64,000 nucleotides of DNA from Eubacteriales bacterium (lineage in GTDB: Bacteria > Bacillota > Clostridia > Oscillospirales > CAG-272), in contig JAZLLY010000016.1 of assembly GCA_045598385.1 (NCBI GenBank), positions 146,000 through 209,999 on the forward strand, read 5' to 3'. The translations under genes were made by a program, and so were the position numbers. Below, piece after piece: positions 45,982 to 55,700 of this stretch. The notes below the pieces were generated by a model that was not told the origin of the DNA, ran no database searches, and saw only the letters and a list, made by a program, of their open reading frames with translations. Numbering within the stretch: position 1 is the first letter of the stretch; every line of letters starts with the position of its first letter.

Positions 45982-48723
45982 ATGAAACTCTTCAGAACAT
46001 ACAGCGAAAAACAGGTCGGAAAACTGATGCCGACCGTCCGTGCGATCGAAGCGCTCGCCGAAAAGTTCCGTGTGATGACGGACGCCGAGCTGCGGCAATA
46101 TACCGACAAGCTCAAAGCGGATCTTGCCGCCGGAAAAACGACCGACGAGATTCTTCCCGAAGCGTTTGCGCTCGTGCGAGAAGCCGACGAAAGAGTGCTC
46201 GGAAAACGGCCTTTCACCGTTCAGCTGATCGGCGGTATCCTTCTCCATCAGGGGCGGATCGCCGAAATGAAGACGGGTGAAGGAAAGACCCTCGTCGCCA
46301 CCCTGCCCGCTTATCTGAACGCGTTGACCGGTGAGGGCGTCCATATCGTCACCGTCAACGATTATCTCGCCAAGCGCGACAGCGAAGAAATGGGAAAAGT
46401 GTACGCTTTTCTCGGTCTTTCGACCGGTCTCATCGTTCACGGCGGCTCACAGTCCGAAAAGAAGACGGCATACGCCGCCGATATCACGTACGGAACGAAC
46501 AACGAGTTCGGCTTCGATTATCTGCGTGACAACATGGTCGTTTATAAGGAACGAATGGTACAGAGAGGACACGCCTTTGCCATCGTGGACGAGGTGGACT
46601 CCATCCTCATCGACGAAGCAAGAACGCCTCTCATCATCTCCGGTATGGGACAGGCATCGACCGAGCTTTACGACCTGGCAGACCGTTTCATCCGTTCGCT
46701 CTCCTGCCACGTCATCAAGGAATTCGACGTCAAGCAGGACAACGACAGTTATGACGAAGATTATATCGTGGACGAAAAAGCCAGAACCGCCATGCTGACG
46801 GGACACGGTATCGAAAAAGCCGAACGGTTTTTCCGCATCGACAACCTTTCCGATCCCGAAAACAATACGATATACCATCATATCAATATTGCCATCCGGG
46901 CGCACGGCGTCATGAAACGCGACGTCGATTATATCGTCAAGGACGACGCCGTCATCATCGTGGACAGTTTCACAGGCCGTCTCATGCCGGGACGACGCTA
47001 CAACGAAGGACTCCATCAGGCGATCGAAGCCAAAGAAAAAGTCAAGATCCAGAAAGAATCGAGGACGCTCGCCACCGTCACGTTCCAGAATTATTTCCGT
47101 ATGTATAAGAAACTCTCGGGTATGACGGGAACGGCGATGACCGAAGACGACGAGTTCCGCGAGATCTACAACCTCGACGTCGTGGAAGTCCCGACGAACC
47201 GACCGATGATCCGTCTGGATCACAACGACCGCGTCTATTGTACGAGAAAAGCCAAAATCTCGGCGATCATCGAGCAGATCAAAGAATGTCACGAAAAAGG
47301 ACAGCCCGTCCTCGTCGGCACGGTCTCGATCGATAAATCCGAAGAACTGTCCGCTCTCTTGAAACGCGCGGGGATTTCTCACACCGTCCTGAACGCAAAG
47401 CAACACGAAAAAGAAGCGGAAATCGTTGCACAGGCAGGTCATTTCGGCGCCGTCACCATCTCGACCAATATGGCGGGACGCGGAACGGATATCATGCTCG
47501 GCGGAAACCCCGAATACATGGCAAAAGCCGATATGAGAAAAGCCGGCTACGACGACACCGTGATCGCCGCGGCGACAGGATGTGCCGATACTTCCGACGA
47601 GACGATTCTCGAAGCCCGTCGGTTCTTCCGTGAAAAATACGATCTTCATAAAGAAGAGATCGCGCCCGAGGCGGATAAAGTCAGATCCGTCGGCGGTCTT
47701 TTCATCCTCGGAACGGAGCGCCACGAGAGCCGCCGTATCGACAACCAGCTTCGCGGACGAAGCGGCAGACAGGGAGATCCCGGTGAATCCCGTTTTTATC
47801 TCTCTCTTGAAGACGATCTTCTACGTCTTTTCGGTTCCGACCGTCTTTCCCTGCTTGCCTCGAGACTCCGTCTCGATGAAAACACCCCGATCGATGCCAA
47901 ACTGCTCTCCAACTCTATCGAATCCGCTCAACGCCGCATCGAATCCATGAACTTCGCCCGCAGAAAAAGCGTCCTTTCCTACGACGACGTCATGAATATG
48001 CAAAGAAGTATCATCTACTCGCAAAGGCAGGATATCCTGCGTCTGCCGGATATCAGCGATAAGATCGAAAACATGATCTCGGACGCGGTGCTCGCCGCCT
48101 TTGACGAATGTTTTCCGGACGGGGATCGCTCCTCCTGGAACTTTGACGAATTCAAAAATCACTTTTTCGGTTGTATTCCCGACGAATCGGGGCATCATGA
48201 TACCGAGGAAGAACTCCGCGCGATCGACAGAGAGACGTTTTATAAGGATACTCTGGCGGCGGCGCTCGCCGTCTATCACGGGAAAGACGAACTTTTCGCA
48301 AAAGTGCCGGGGATGCAGCCCGACGCCATGCGCGAGATCGAAAAAGTCATCCTCCTGCAAAACATTGATGAAAAATGGATGGAACACCTCGACGATATGG
48401 ACGACCTGCGCGAATATATCGGTCTGAACTCTTATGCCCAGCGCGATCCCATGGCGATGTACCGCATTGAGGGCGGTGAAATGTTCGACGCCATGATCGA
48501 CGAGATCCGCAGCGAAACGGTCAGAAAGATCCTCACCGTCGTTCCGAAAGTTCAGCCCGTCGAACGCGTACAGGTCGCAAAACCCCTTTCGACCGCCGCG
48601 CCGGACGGCAACGTGCCGAAGAGAAAACCCGCGGCTGTCAAAAAAGTCGGCAGAAACGATCCCTGCCCATGCGGAAGCGGAAAAAAATACAAAAAGTGTT
48701 GCGGTGCGAACGCGCAGGAATAA
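45982..48723 (+). CDS. secA: Preprotein translocase ATPase SecA
   Basis: From the ATG at 45982 (RBS GGAGG) the protein reads [15 protein letters not shown]. It continues with [14 protein letters not shown] (Walker A), [28 protein letters not shown] and the C-terminal zinc motif [14 protein letters not shown]. The track ORF start at 45715 lies inside the divergent trmL gene. Confidence 0.97.
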   Translation: MKLFRTYSEKQVGKLMPTVRAIEALAEKFRVMTDAELRQYTDKLKADLAAGKTTDEILPEAFALVREADERVLGKRPFTVQLIGGILLHQGRIAEMKTGEGKTLVATLPAYLNALTGEGVHIVTVNDYLAKRDSEEMGKVYAFLGLSTGLIVHGGSQSEKKTAYAADITYGTNNEFGFDYLRDNMVVYKERMVQRGHAFAIVDEVDSILIDEARTPLIISGMGQASTELYDLADRFIRSLSCHVIKEFDVKQDNDSYDEDYIVDEKARTAMLTGHGIEKAERFFRIDNLSDPENNTIYHHINIAIRAHGVMKRDVDYIVKDDAVIIVDSFTGRLMPGRRYNEGLHQAIEAKEKVKIQKESRTLATVTFQNYFRMYKKLSGMTGTAMTEDDEFREIYNLDVVEVPTNRPMIRLDHNDRVYCTRKAKISAIIEQIKECHEKGQPVLVGTVSIDKSEELSALLKRAGISHTVLNAKQHEKEAEIVAQAGHFGAVTISTNMAGRGTDIMLGGNPEYMAKADMRKAGYDDTVIAAATGCADTSDETILEARRFFREKYDLHKEEIAPEADKVRSVGGLFILGTERHESRRIDNQLRGRSGRQGDPGESRFYLSLEDDLLRLFGSDRLSLLASRLRLDENTPIDAKLLSNSIESAQRRIESMNFARRKSVLSYDDVMNMQRSIIYSQRQDILRLPDISDKIENMISDAVLAAFDECFPDGDRSSWNFDEFKNHFFGCIPDESGHHDTEEELRAIDRETFYKDTLAAALAVYHGKDELFAKVPGMQPDAMREIEKVILLQNIDEKWMEHLDDMDDLREYIGLNSYAQRDPMAMYRIEGGEMFDAMIDEIRSETVRKILTVVPKVQPVERVQVAKPLSTAAPDGNVPKRKPAAVKKVGRNDPCPCGSGKKYKKCCGANAQE

Positions 48724-48752
48724 AGCACCTATAACCAAAAGAAGGTGAAAAC

Positions 48753-50153
48753 GTGACGGATGCCAAAAAACAAAAGATCGGCTTTTCTTCGGGACTTCTC
48801 GTCCTGTGTCTTTTCATTCTTTGTCAGCCGAACGTCAATATTCTCGATATTTTCCCGGACTTCATCGCGTATTTCATTCTCGCGGGGATGATGGGAAGTG
48901 CCGCCGCTTTCGTCCCTTATATGGACGAAGCGAGATCGACTTTTTATAAGCTCGCTCTTTTCGATATTTTCCGGTTCTTCTGTCAGTTTCTCATTTTCGC
49001 TTCGGCGAACAACGATACGCGGAACGACACGATGGCGCTTTTCTCCCTTTCCTTTTCCGTCGTGGGGTATATCTTGCTCTTCAAAGCCATCCGCGACACG
49101 TTCTCCGCACTTTTTTATCTCGGTGAGCGTTCCGCCTGTGCCTCCCTCATCCGTCCTTTCCGGGTGCTCGGCGCGGAGGTGAGACCGGAGCATTTAGAGT
49201 TTTGTCTTCTCGGATTTTTCGGACTGAAAGCGCTTCTCTCGATGCTCCCCGATTTTATCCGTCTGTTCAGCAAAAACAGCACGTTTCTTCTCTATCGCAA
49301 CAGCGTTTTTGCCTGCGTGATCCTCGGCTTTATCTCTGCCGCGATCATTCTCGTTCTCGCCTGCTGTTATATTCACAGCGTCCGCTCGGAGGCCCGCTTC
49401 CGTGAAAGTCTCTCGACTTTGTCCCTGGCAAACGCCGCGCCGGCGCAGGAACACAATCAAAGACAGATCCTCTCCACCGCTTTTCTCTTTATGTTCGCAT
49501 CTACGATCTTTACGTTTTTTCTGCCGATGGACACTTTCGGCTACGCGGATCTCTTCCCGGGATTTCTTTTTCCCGTATTTTTCCTGATAGGGCTTGGGCG
49601 TCTGCGGTCGCTTTATCCGATCCGGAAATCGTTGTTCCGCGTCGGTCTTTCCCTCTCCGTTGTCTCTTTCGCCTCCTTCGTTCTGCGGCCGGTGTTTTTC
49701 TATGATTACGATCTGTCGGATATCACAAAGATCGGCACGGCAAAATCCCTTTACGCGGTTTACGAAGGTGTTGCGATCGCGGAATGTATCCTGACGGCGG
49801 CTTTCCTGCTTTTGCTCCGCAGGTTTTTCGATAACCTGATTGAAAACCGCACCGGTGTCCCCGTGACCGCGAAGGATTATCGGGAAACCGACCGCGATTA
49901 TCACCGAAGTATCAAAAAACTCAACCGTGCCGCTACCGTCTTCGGTATCATAACGCTCCTCGCCCGTACGGCGAAGATCCTCACGGACAGTCACTCGCAA
50001 ACGTCTGCAATCCTCCGTGATTCCGTCATCGTAGGTTCCGTCACGATGAGTGCGTTCCCCTGGCTCGGTATGGTCGTGAACGTGACCGCCGTCCTCTATG
50101 CCGTCCTTTTTTACTACTTCTCGTCCACACTCAAAGACGAATGGAACGTGTAA
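48753..50153 (+). CDS. Hypothetical polytopic membrane protein (466 aa)
   Basis: GTG start 30 nt after secA, preceded by AAGAAGGTGAAAAC. At least 10 hydrophobic segments are visible by eye. I found no recognisable catalytic or transport motif. Confidence 0.6.
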   Translation: MTDAKKQKIGFSSGLLVLCLFILCQPNVNILDIFPDFIAYFILAGMMGSAAAFVPYMDEARSTFYKLALFDIFRFFCQFLIFASANNDTRNDTMALFSLSFSVVGYILLFKAIRDTFSALFYLGERSACASLIRPFRVLGAEVRPEHLEFCLLGFFGLKALLSMLPDFIRLFSKNSTFLLYRNSVFACVILGFISAAIILVLACCYIHSVRSEARFRESLSTLSLANAAPAQEHNQRQILSTAFLFMFASTIFTFFLPMDTFGYADLFPGFLFPVFFLIGLGRLRSLYPIRKSLFRVGLSLSVVSFASFVLRPVFFYDYDLSDITKIGTAKSLYAVYEGVAIAECILTAAFLLLLRRFFDNLIENRTGVPVTAKDYRETDRDYHRSIKKLNRAATVFGIITLLARTAKILTDSHSQTSAILRDSVIVGSVTMSAFPWLGMVVNVTAVLYAVLFYYFSSTLKDEWNV

Positions 50154-50182
50154 GCAGTAAATAAAACCGATTTTATCATGAA

Positions 50183-50221
50183 AGCACCCCGAAAGCGTTT
50201 GGCTTTTGGGGTGCTTCTTTT
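50183..50221. terminator. Terminator between convergent genes (membrane protein + / rlmI -)
   Basis: AGCACCCC-N17-GGGGTGCT (8-bp stem) followed by TCTTTT. Confidence 0.6.
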
Positions 50222-51441
50222 CACACGATCTGGAAAATATAGAATTTGAGATAAAAAGTCTCGGGGACGTTCCAGAGGATCGGATGATCCGGCGCCTGCG
50301 TACGGACTTCGATCTGCCGCAGAGAAACGCCTGCGTCCTCTGCCGCGGCGTGAAGCATCTGCTTGAAATACGTATCCTGCATGAAATGCGAGCAGGAACA
50401 GGTGGCAAGATAGCCGCCGCGCGGGAGTATCTGCATGGCTTTCAGATTGATCTCTTTATAACCTCGGATGGCGTTTTTGAGAGTATCCCGGCTTTTGGTA
50501 AAGGCGGGAGGATCGAGGATAATGAGATCAAACGGCTGCGTTTTGCTTTCTTTGAGCGCCGTCAGATAATCGAAAACGTCAGCCCTCAGATATTCAATCT
50601 TACCGCCAAGGCCGTTTTCTTCCGCGTTTTTTCTCGCCATCGCGAGGGCATCCTCCGAAATATCGAGAGAAAGGACCGACGAAGCCCCGCCGCGCGCGGC
50701 GTTGAGTCCGAATGAACCCGTGTGCGTGAAGCAATCAAGCACGCGCTTCCCTTTCGCGATCTTCGCGACCGCCGCCCTGTTGTATTTCTGGTCAAGGAAA
50801 AAGCCGGTTTTCTGACCGTTTATATAGTCCACGGTGTATATGACACCGTTTTCCTCGATTTTTGTCAAGCCGTCGAGATCCGTCGAAAGTCCGTCAAGAG
50901 GGTAAAATCCCTTATAGACTTCCATCCCTTCAAGTTTTCGGATCTCGCTTTCGTTGCGCTCGTAGATCGCCTTTACAATCACACCGACCTCCGCCAAAGC
51001 GGAGACGAGCAGGCGGTAAAGCATATCCTTTCGCTTTTCAATGCCGAGGGAGAGGACTTCCGTCACGAGAATATCGCCGAACTTATCGACGGTAAAGCCC
51101 GGAAAATAATCCGCCTCCCCGAATATCAGACGACAGGCGCAAAAATCGTCTCCCATGACAGTCAGACGATAACGGACGGCGTGACTGATCCGTCGGGCGA
51201 AAAACGCTTCATCGAACAGATCGTTGGCGTTTTTCGAGATCACACGGACACGGATTTTGGAGCAGCCGTTGACGAATCCCGTGCCGAGATATTTGTCTTT
51301 TTCCGAATAAACGTGGACAAGATCGCCGTTTTCATAAGGACGGTCCGCCGCGAGGACTTCCTCGCCGAACACCCACGGATGGCCGCCGCGCAAGGATTTT
51401 TCGGCTTTTTGTGTAACGCGGAGTTTAGGAAAATCTTTCAT
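50221..51441 (-). CDS. Class I SAM-dependent 23S rRNA m5C methyltransferase (RlmI family, PUA domain)
   Basis: N-terminal LRGGHPWVFGEEV (PUA-like), RVLDCFTHTGSFGLNAA (SAM motif I) and IILDPPAF (motif IV). Confidence 0.85.
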   Translation of the reverse strand: MKDFPKLRVTQKAEKSLRGGHPWVFGEEVLAADRPYENGDLVHVYSEKDKYLGTGFVNGCSKIRVRVISKNANDLFDEAFFARRISHAVRYRLTVMGDDFCACRLIFGEADYFPGFTVDKFGDILVTEVLSLGIEKRKDMLYRLLVSALAEVGVIVKAIYERNESEIRKLEGMEVYKGFYPLDGLSTDLDGLTKIEENGVIYTVDYINGQKTGFFLDQKYNRAAVAKIAKGKRVLDCFTHTGSFGLNAARGGASSVLSLDISEDALAMARKNAEENGLGGKIEYLRADVFDYLTALKESKTQPFDLIILDPPAFTKSRDTLKNAIRGYKEINLKAMQILPRGGYLATCSCSHFMQDTYFKQMLHAAAEDAGVSLRQIEVRTQAPDHPILWNVPETFYLKFYIFQIV

Positions 51442-52094
51442 TTTTGATACGACTCCATTGTGAATAACGAGAAAGGCAAAGCGGAAAGATCGGGATAAGA
51501 AAAAACGCGGATCGTCTCTTTGTGATAATCAAAAGAAAGAGAGCAAGCGTAAAGGCCGAGCGGCAGATGCGATCTTCGGCTGCCGTATTTTCCATCCCCC
51601 AAAAGCGCCATGCCGCGAGAAGCGAGCTGACAGCGGATCTGATGAAATCTGCCGGTCTTGAGTGATACGGAAAGCAAAAAGACGGGAATCCCGTCATAAT
51701 CTGCCGTGTCAAGCCGGCGATACGAAAGTTCCGCGTATTTGGCGTCTTTTTCTTCACTTCCGCAGACAGAAGAACGGTTTTTCTCTTTTTTCAGATAGTC
51801 AACGAGGGTTTCTTCCTCTTTCGGCGAACCCTCGGCAACGGCATAATAGCGCTTTTCGATTTTGCCGCTTCCCGCCATGGCGGAAAGGATCGCCGCCGCC
51901 TTTTTGTTTTTGGCAAAAAGCAAAAGACCGCCGACCGGGAGATCGAGCCGATGGATGAGAAAAAGATCATACCCGGTCTGTGCCGAAAGAAGCGACAGCA
52001 TATCGTGCTTTTCCGTCCGATCCTTTTCGACCGACACAAACGGCGGTTTTTCGGCGATCAGAAGATCGCGGTTCTCCCATACGATTCTGATCAT
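51438..52094 (-). CDS. RluA-family pseudouridine synthase (no S4 domain)
   Basis: LLIAEKPPFVSV, IHRLDLPVGGLLLFAKNK (catalytic Asp motif) and TGRFHQIRCQLA (the HQIR motif). It has ATGA overlaps with both neighbours. Confidence 0.85.
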   Translation of the reverse strand: MIRIVWENRDLLIAEKPPFVSVEKDRTEKHDMLSLLSAQTGYDLFLIHRLDLPVGGLLLFAKNKKAAAILSAMAGSGKIEKRYYAVAEGSPKEEETLVDYLKKEKNRSSVCGSEEKDAKYAELSYRRLDTADYDGIPVFLLSVSLKTGRFHQIRCQLASRGMALLGDGKYGSRRSHLPLGLYACSLSFDYHKETIRVFSYPDLSALPFSLFTMESYQK

Positions 52095-52687
52095 CTCGTT
52101 CTTCTCTTCATGGTCAGAAGTTTATAGACGACAGGGGAAAGAACGATGGAAACCAAAAGTTCAAAAAGGAAATTGCCCCCCACGAGAACGAGGACGATAT
52201 ATTTTCCGACGGGCGTGCCCTGCGCCCATTCGTTGATCTGCCCCATGAAAAATGCAAAGCATCCGAGAAGAAAGATACCGGTATTGACGATCGGAAAAAC
52301 GAGAGAGGCGCAAACCGAGGCAAAATAACTGTTTTTGTTACGGAGCGCACGGAATACGACGCCCGAAAGGTATCCGGCGACGGCACCCTTGAGAAGTACC
52401 GTGACGATCGTACCGAGAATATGGATCTGGAGAAAAGCGGCGGCGTCCCCGGTCACAAAAACCGCGACGCCGAAGACCGTGCCGAGGATCATCCCGGCGG
52501 CGGGTCCGAGAAGACAAGCGCCGAGCACAACGGGAACGGAAACCAGACTGACGGAAAAAGGTCCGAATTTGATAAAAGCACCGAGCATCTGGAATACAAA
52601 AACCAGACTGCACAGAACGGCAAGGTACGTCAGATGCCGGATCGCCTGTTTTTGCGACGTTTTTTCTTTGGTCAAGACCTGCTTCAT
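52091..52687 (-). CDS. ECF transporter S (substrate-capture) component, substrate unknown
   Basis: 198 aa with 6 hydrophobic helices. The pattern VPVVLGACLLGPAAGMILG is typical of ECF S components. No ECF A/T genes are in the window. Confidence 0.65.
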   Translation of the reverse strand: MKQVLTKEKTSQKQAIRHLTYLAVLCSLVFVFQMLGAFIKFGPFSVSLVSVPVVLGACLLGPAAGMILGTVFGVAVFVTGDAAAFLQIHILGTIVTVLLKGAVAGYLSGVVFRALRNKNSYFASVCASLVFPIVNTGIFLLGCFAFFMGQINEWAQGTPVGKYIVLVLVGGNFLFELLVSIVLSPVVYKLLTMKRRTR

Positions 52688-52772
52688 ATCCCGATCTCCC
52701 CCGATCTCCTCATTTTATTTTATTATTTTACCATAAAGGAGAGGAAATTTCAAGATTCGGTTTTATTTTCTC

Positions 52773-55700
52773 TTATTGTGCGGAAAACTTTTTGGAAACG
52801 GTCGTGACGCGGACCGCGATCCCGCCGGTCAGGGCGATCATTTTTACCGCCTGGAGACTGAAATCGTCGGCATAGACGTAAAGCTGTTTTCCGATGGTAC
52901 CGCGCGCCAATATTTTAACGTAGCCGCAGTCGTAAGGCAAAAGCCCTTTTGCTTTCAGAACGTTGATATCCACGCGGCTTCCGTTCTCGAAATGCGCGTT
53001 GACGGTATCGAGATTCAGAATACATTTTCTCTTGCCGAACGTGACGATTTTTTCTTTTTTGCGATTCAGAAGATGGCGGGCAAAACCGTCGCTGATCAGT
53101 TCGTCGGCGTGTTCTTTATCGACGCTCGCCAGGATCTCTTTCACGATCTCTTCGAGGCGGAGAGACGGCAATCTCACAGTGCCCGGCACAACGGCGGCAG
53201 AATACCGTTTACCCGTCACTTTTTGACTATTCCCGAAAGTGGCGGGGAGTTCTGCGGGAAAACCGTCCGGCGTCGGAGTGACGGCGTTATTTCCGTTCTT
53301 TTTCCGGTATAATATGCAAACCGCGGAAAGGACACTCAAGATCCCGAAAACGGTCAGAAGTGCCGTGCGCTTTCTCTTTCCGGCGGCGGAAAGCGCGGAA
53401 GTTTCTATGATCCTGCCGTCTATCACCTCAATTTCATAATCGGGATTATGCCCAATCGCCGTGACGGTTTCGCCGTACACGAAAGCAAGAGAAAGCGTAT
53501 CGCCGTCGGCGAGCGTCCCCGAGACGAGCTCAAAGTCCGTTTCGCCGTAAACGCCGTCCCGATACAGAAAAACGTCGGCGATCTTCACGGTGAGTTTGCG
53601 CGGCGTCACGCGGAATGTCGCCGTCACCGTCGGGTCGTCGGTGCCCTCAAAAGCGTAATTATCCGCGTCTTTGAGGCGCAATGTCAAAGCGTACTCACCC
53701 GCAGGAACCGCAAAAATCTCTCCGACGATCTCGTAAGGTTCGTCTCCTGCGACTTCTGCGCTTTTGGTTTCTCCGGAATATTCAGCGCTGAATTCCGGCA
53801 GGGCGATCACCGTTTTTTTCACCGCGATCGGCGCTTCGCAGGAAAGCCCTCCGAACGTAAACCCGACGGTACGATCGAACACGGTGAGATATTCGGCGTT
53901 TTCATAGTTTACCGATACTTCGGAAAGCGAAAGAATGCGGTCTTTTCCGCTGTTGAAAAGCAATGTCAGGATAACGTCTTCATCAAAAAGCGTTTCCCCG
54001 CCGAAATAATCCTCTTTCGTCAACGTCGCGGACAGCGAGACGGCAACCACCGAAAAGACGGAAAACGGCACGGCTTCGCTTTCGAGGGCTTCATAATTAC
54101 GCAATTCCGCCACCGCCGCTTTTGCGTAATACTGCCCCGCCGTCAGTTCCGTGACCGCAGAGAGGCAGGCGGCGTCGGTGTAATAGGTGACGGTCATTTC
54201 CCCTTTTTTCGGGATTCCCCCGATCACAGGTTCGGAGTCTGCGTAAAAATCGCCGACGGAAAAGGGAACAAGCCAACCGTTTTCCGCTTTCTTTACGGAA
54301 AAACCGATGCGGTCGTTTTCAACGGCGTAATCGGGATCCGCCGACGTCGCGGTCGCGGTATATTCTCCGGCGTAGATCGCGCCCTCGGAAACGACGATCG
54401 GTACGATTCCCGTTGCGCCCGGAACATGACGCTCCCCGTCATAAACGAAAACCGTCTCCCCCCAATCGACCGTGATCGGCAGCGGCAGAACCGTAAAGAA
54501 AACGACCGTCGGTTCGGGAGTTTTATAATTTAAGGATTCGGTATGGAAATATACCGTCAGAGGAACGTTTTCGGCGGCGTGGGTGACGCTGTCTTCAAAG
54601 GCAAGCGAAAGAACGGAACCGTCTGCCCCCGTCGGTAACGTTCCGAGGATCGCGGGAACGTGCGCCTCCCCGTCAAAAACGACCGGTGTCAGATCAAAAG
54701 AAAACGTTGACAGGTCGTAATCGGCAGGGAGGATCTCCCAATTCCACGAAAAAGTGCCGACGGATTCGTAATTTTTTGTATCGAAAGTGAAAGAAGCGGA
54801 AGCGTGATAAACGCCGGCGTCCGTGCCGACGGCGTTTACGTAACCCGCAACGGAAAGACCCGCCGGGACACCTGTAAGAACCGACGATTTCTCCCCGCCG
54901 TCATACGGCACGGCAACACAGGACGGGCAAAGACGCGAAAGGTCGAACGCGGCTTTCAAAACGCTGTAAGTAAACCGCGGATTCGTGAGGACGTAATCTC
55001 CCGTCAAAAGCGTCAGAGTTGCCTCGTATTCTCCGGCGTCGATCCCGCCGCCCGAAAGCCGATACGGCAGTTCTTCCCCGAGCAAGCCGATGCAACGCAC
55101 TTTCGGCAGGTTCACTTCTCCGGAATAGCAAAGCCCGGTCGCGTCCCAATCCGCCTCGACGGGAAGCGGTAAGATCGTCAGAACGGCAGAAAGCGGTTTC
55201 GGCACTTCATAGTTCGGGTCTTCCGTGGAAAAGACCGCGGATATTTCATATGTTCCGGCGTGAATGCCGCCCCCGACGTAGCTGACGCAAAACGGGCAGG
55301 ATTCCGTTCCGATCCCTAAAGATCCGTCGATCGAAAGGGTCTGCCATTCCCCGTTGAATACTGTTTCGGTGTCCGAAAAAGAGATTTCTGCCATATTATA
55401 AACTGCTTTTCTTACAGTAACGGGTATGGCAACAAAGACGGAATCCAGCGTTGCCGTTACGAACGTATCTCCGAAAGCAAAGGCGTCTTTCGTCCGGTAA
55501 CGGAAAGAAAGATCACCGTTATCCACGGGTTTCATACTTCCGTCCGCATAGGTCGCCACGACGGAAAGGCCATCGGGATCGAAGATATCGAAAGCCGCGT
55601 ATTCGGTGCGAAACGGAAGTTCACAGACGCGAAGTCCGACGACGGTGACGGGTGCCAGAACGAACGAAAGCGCCTCACTTTCAAGTCCGTAATAATTGCC

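Noticed and set aside
52688-52772. Riboswitch upstream of the ECF S-component
   Set aside because: The gap is only 85 nt and AT-rich. It shows no conserved FMN/THF/preQ1/TPP core sequences that I can recognise, only the duplicated SD decamer.
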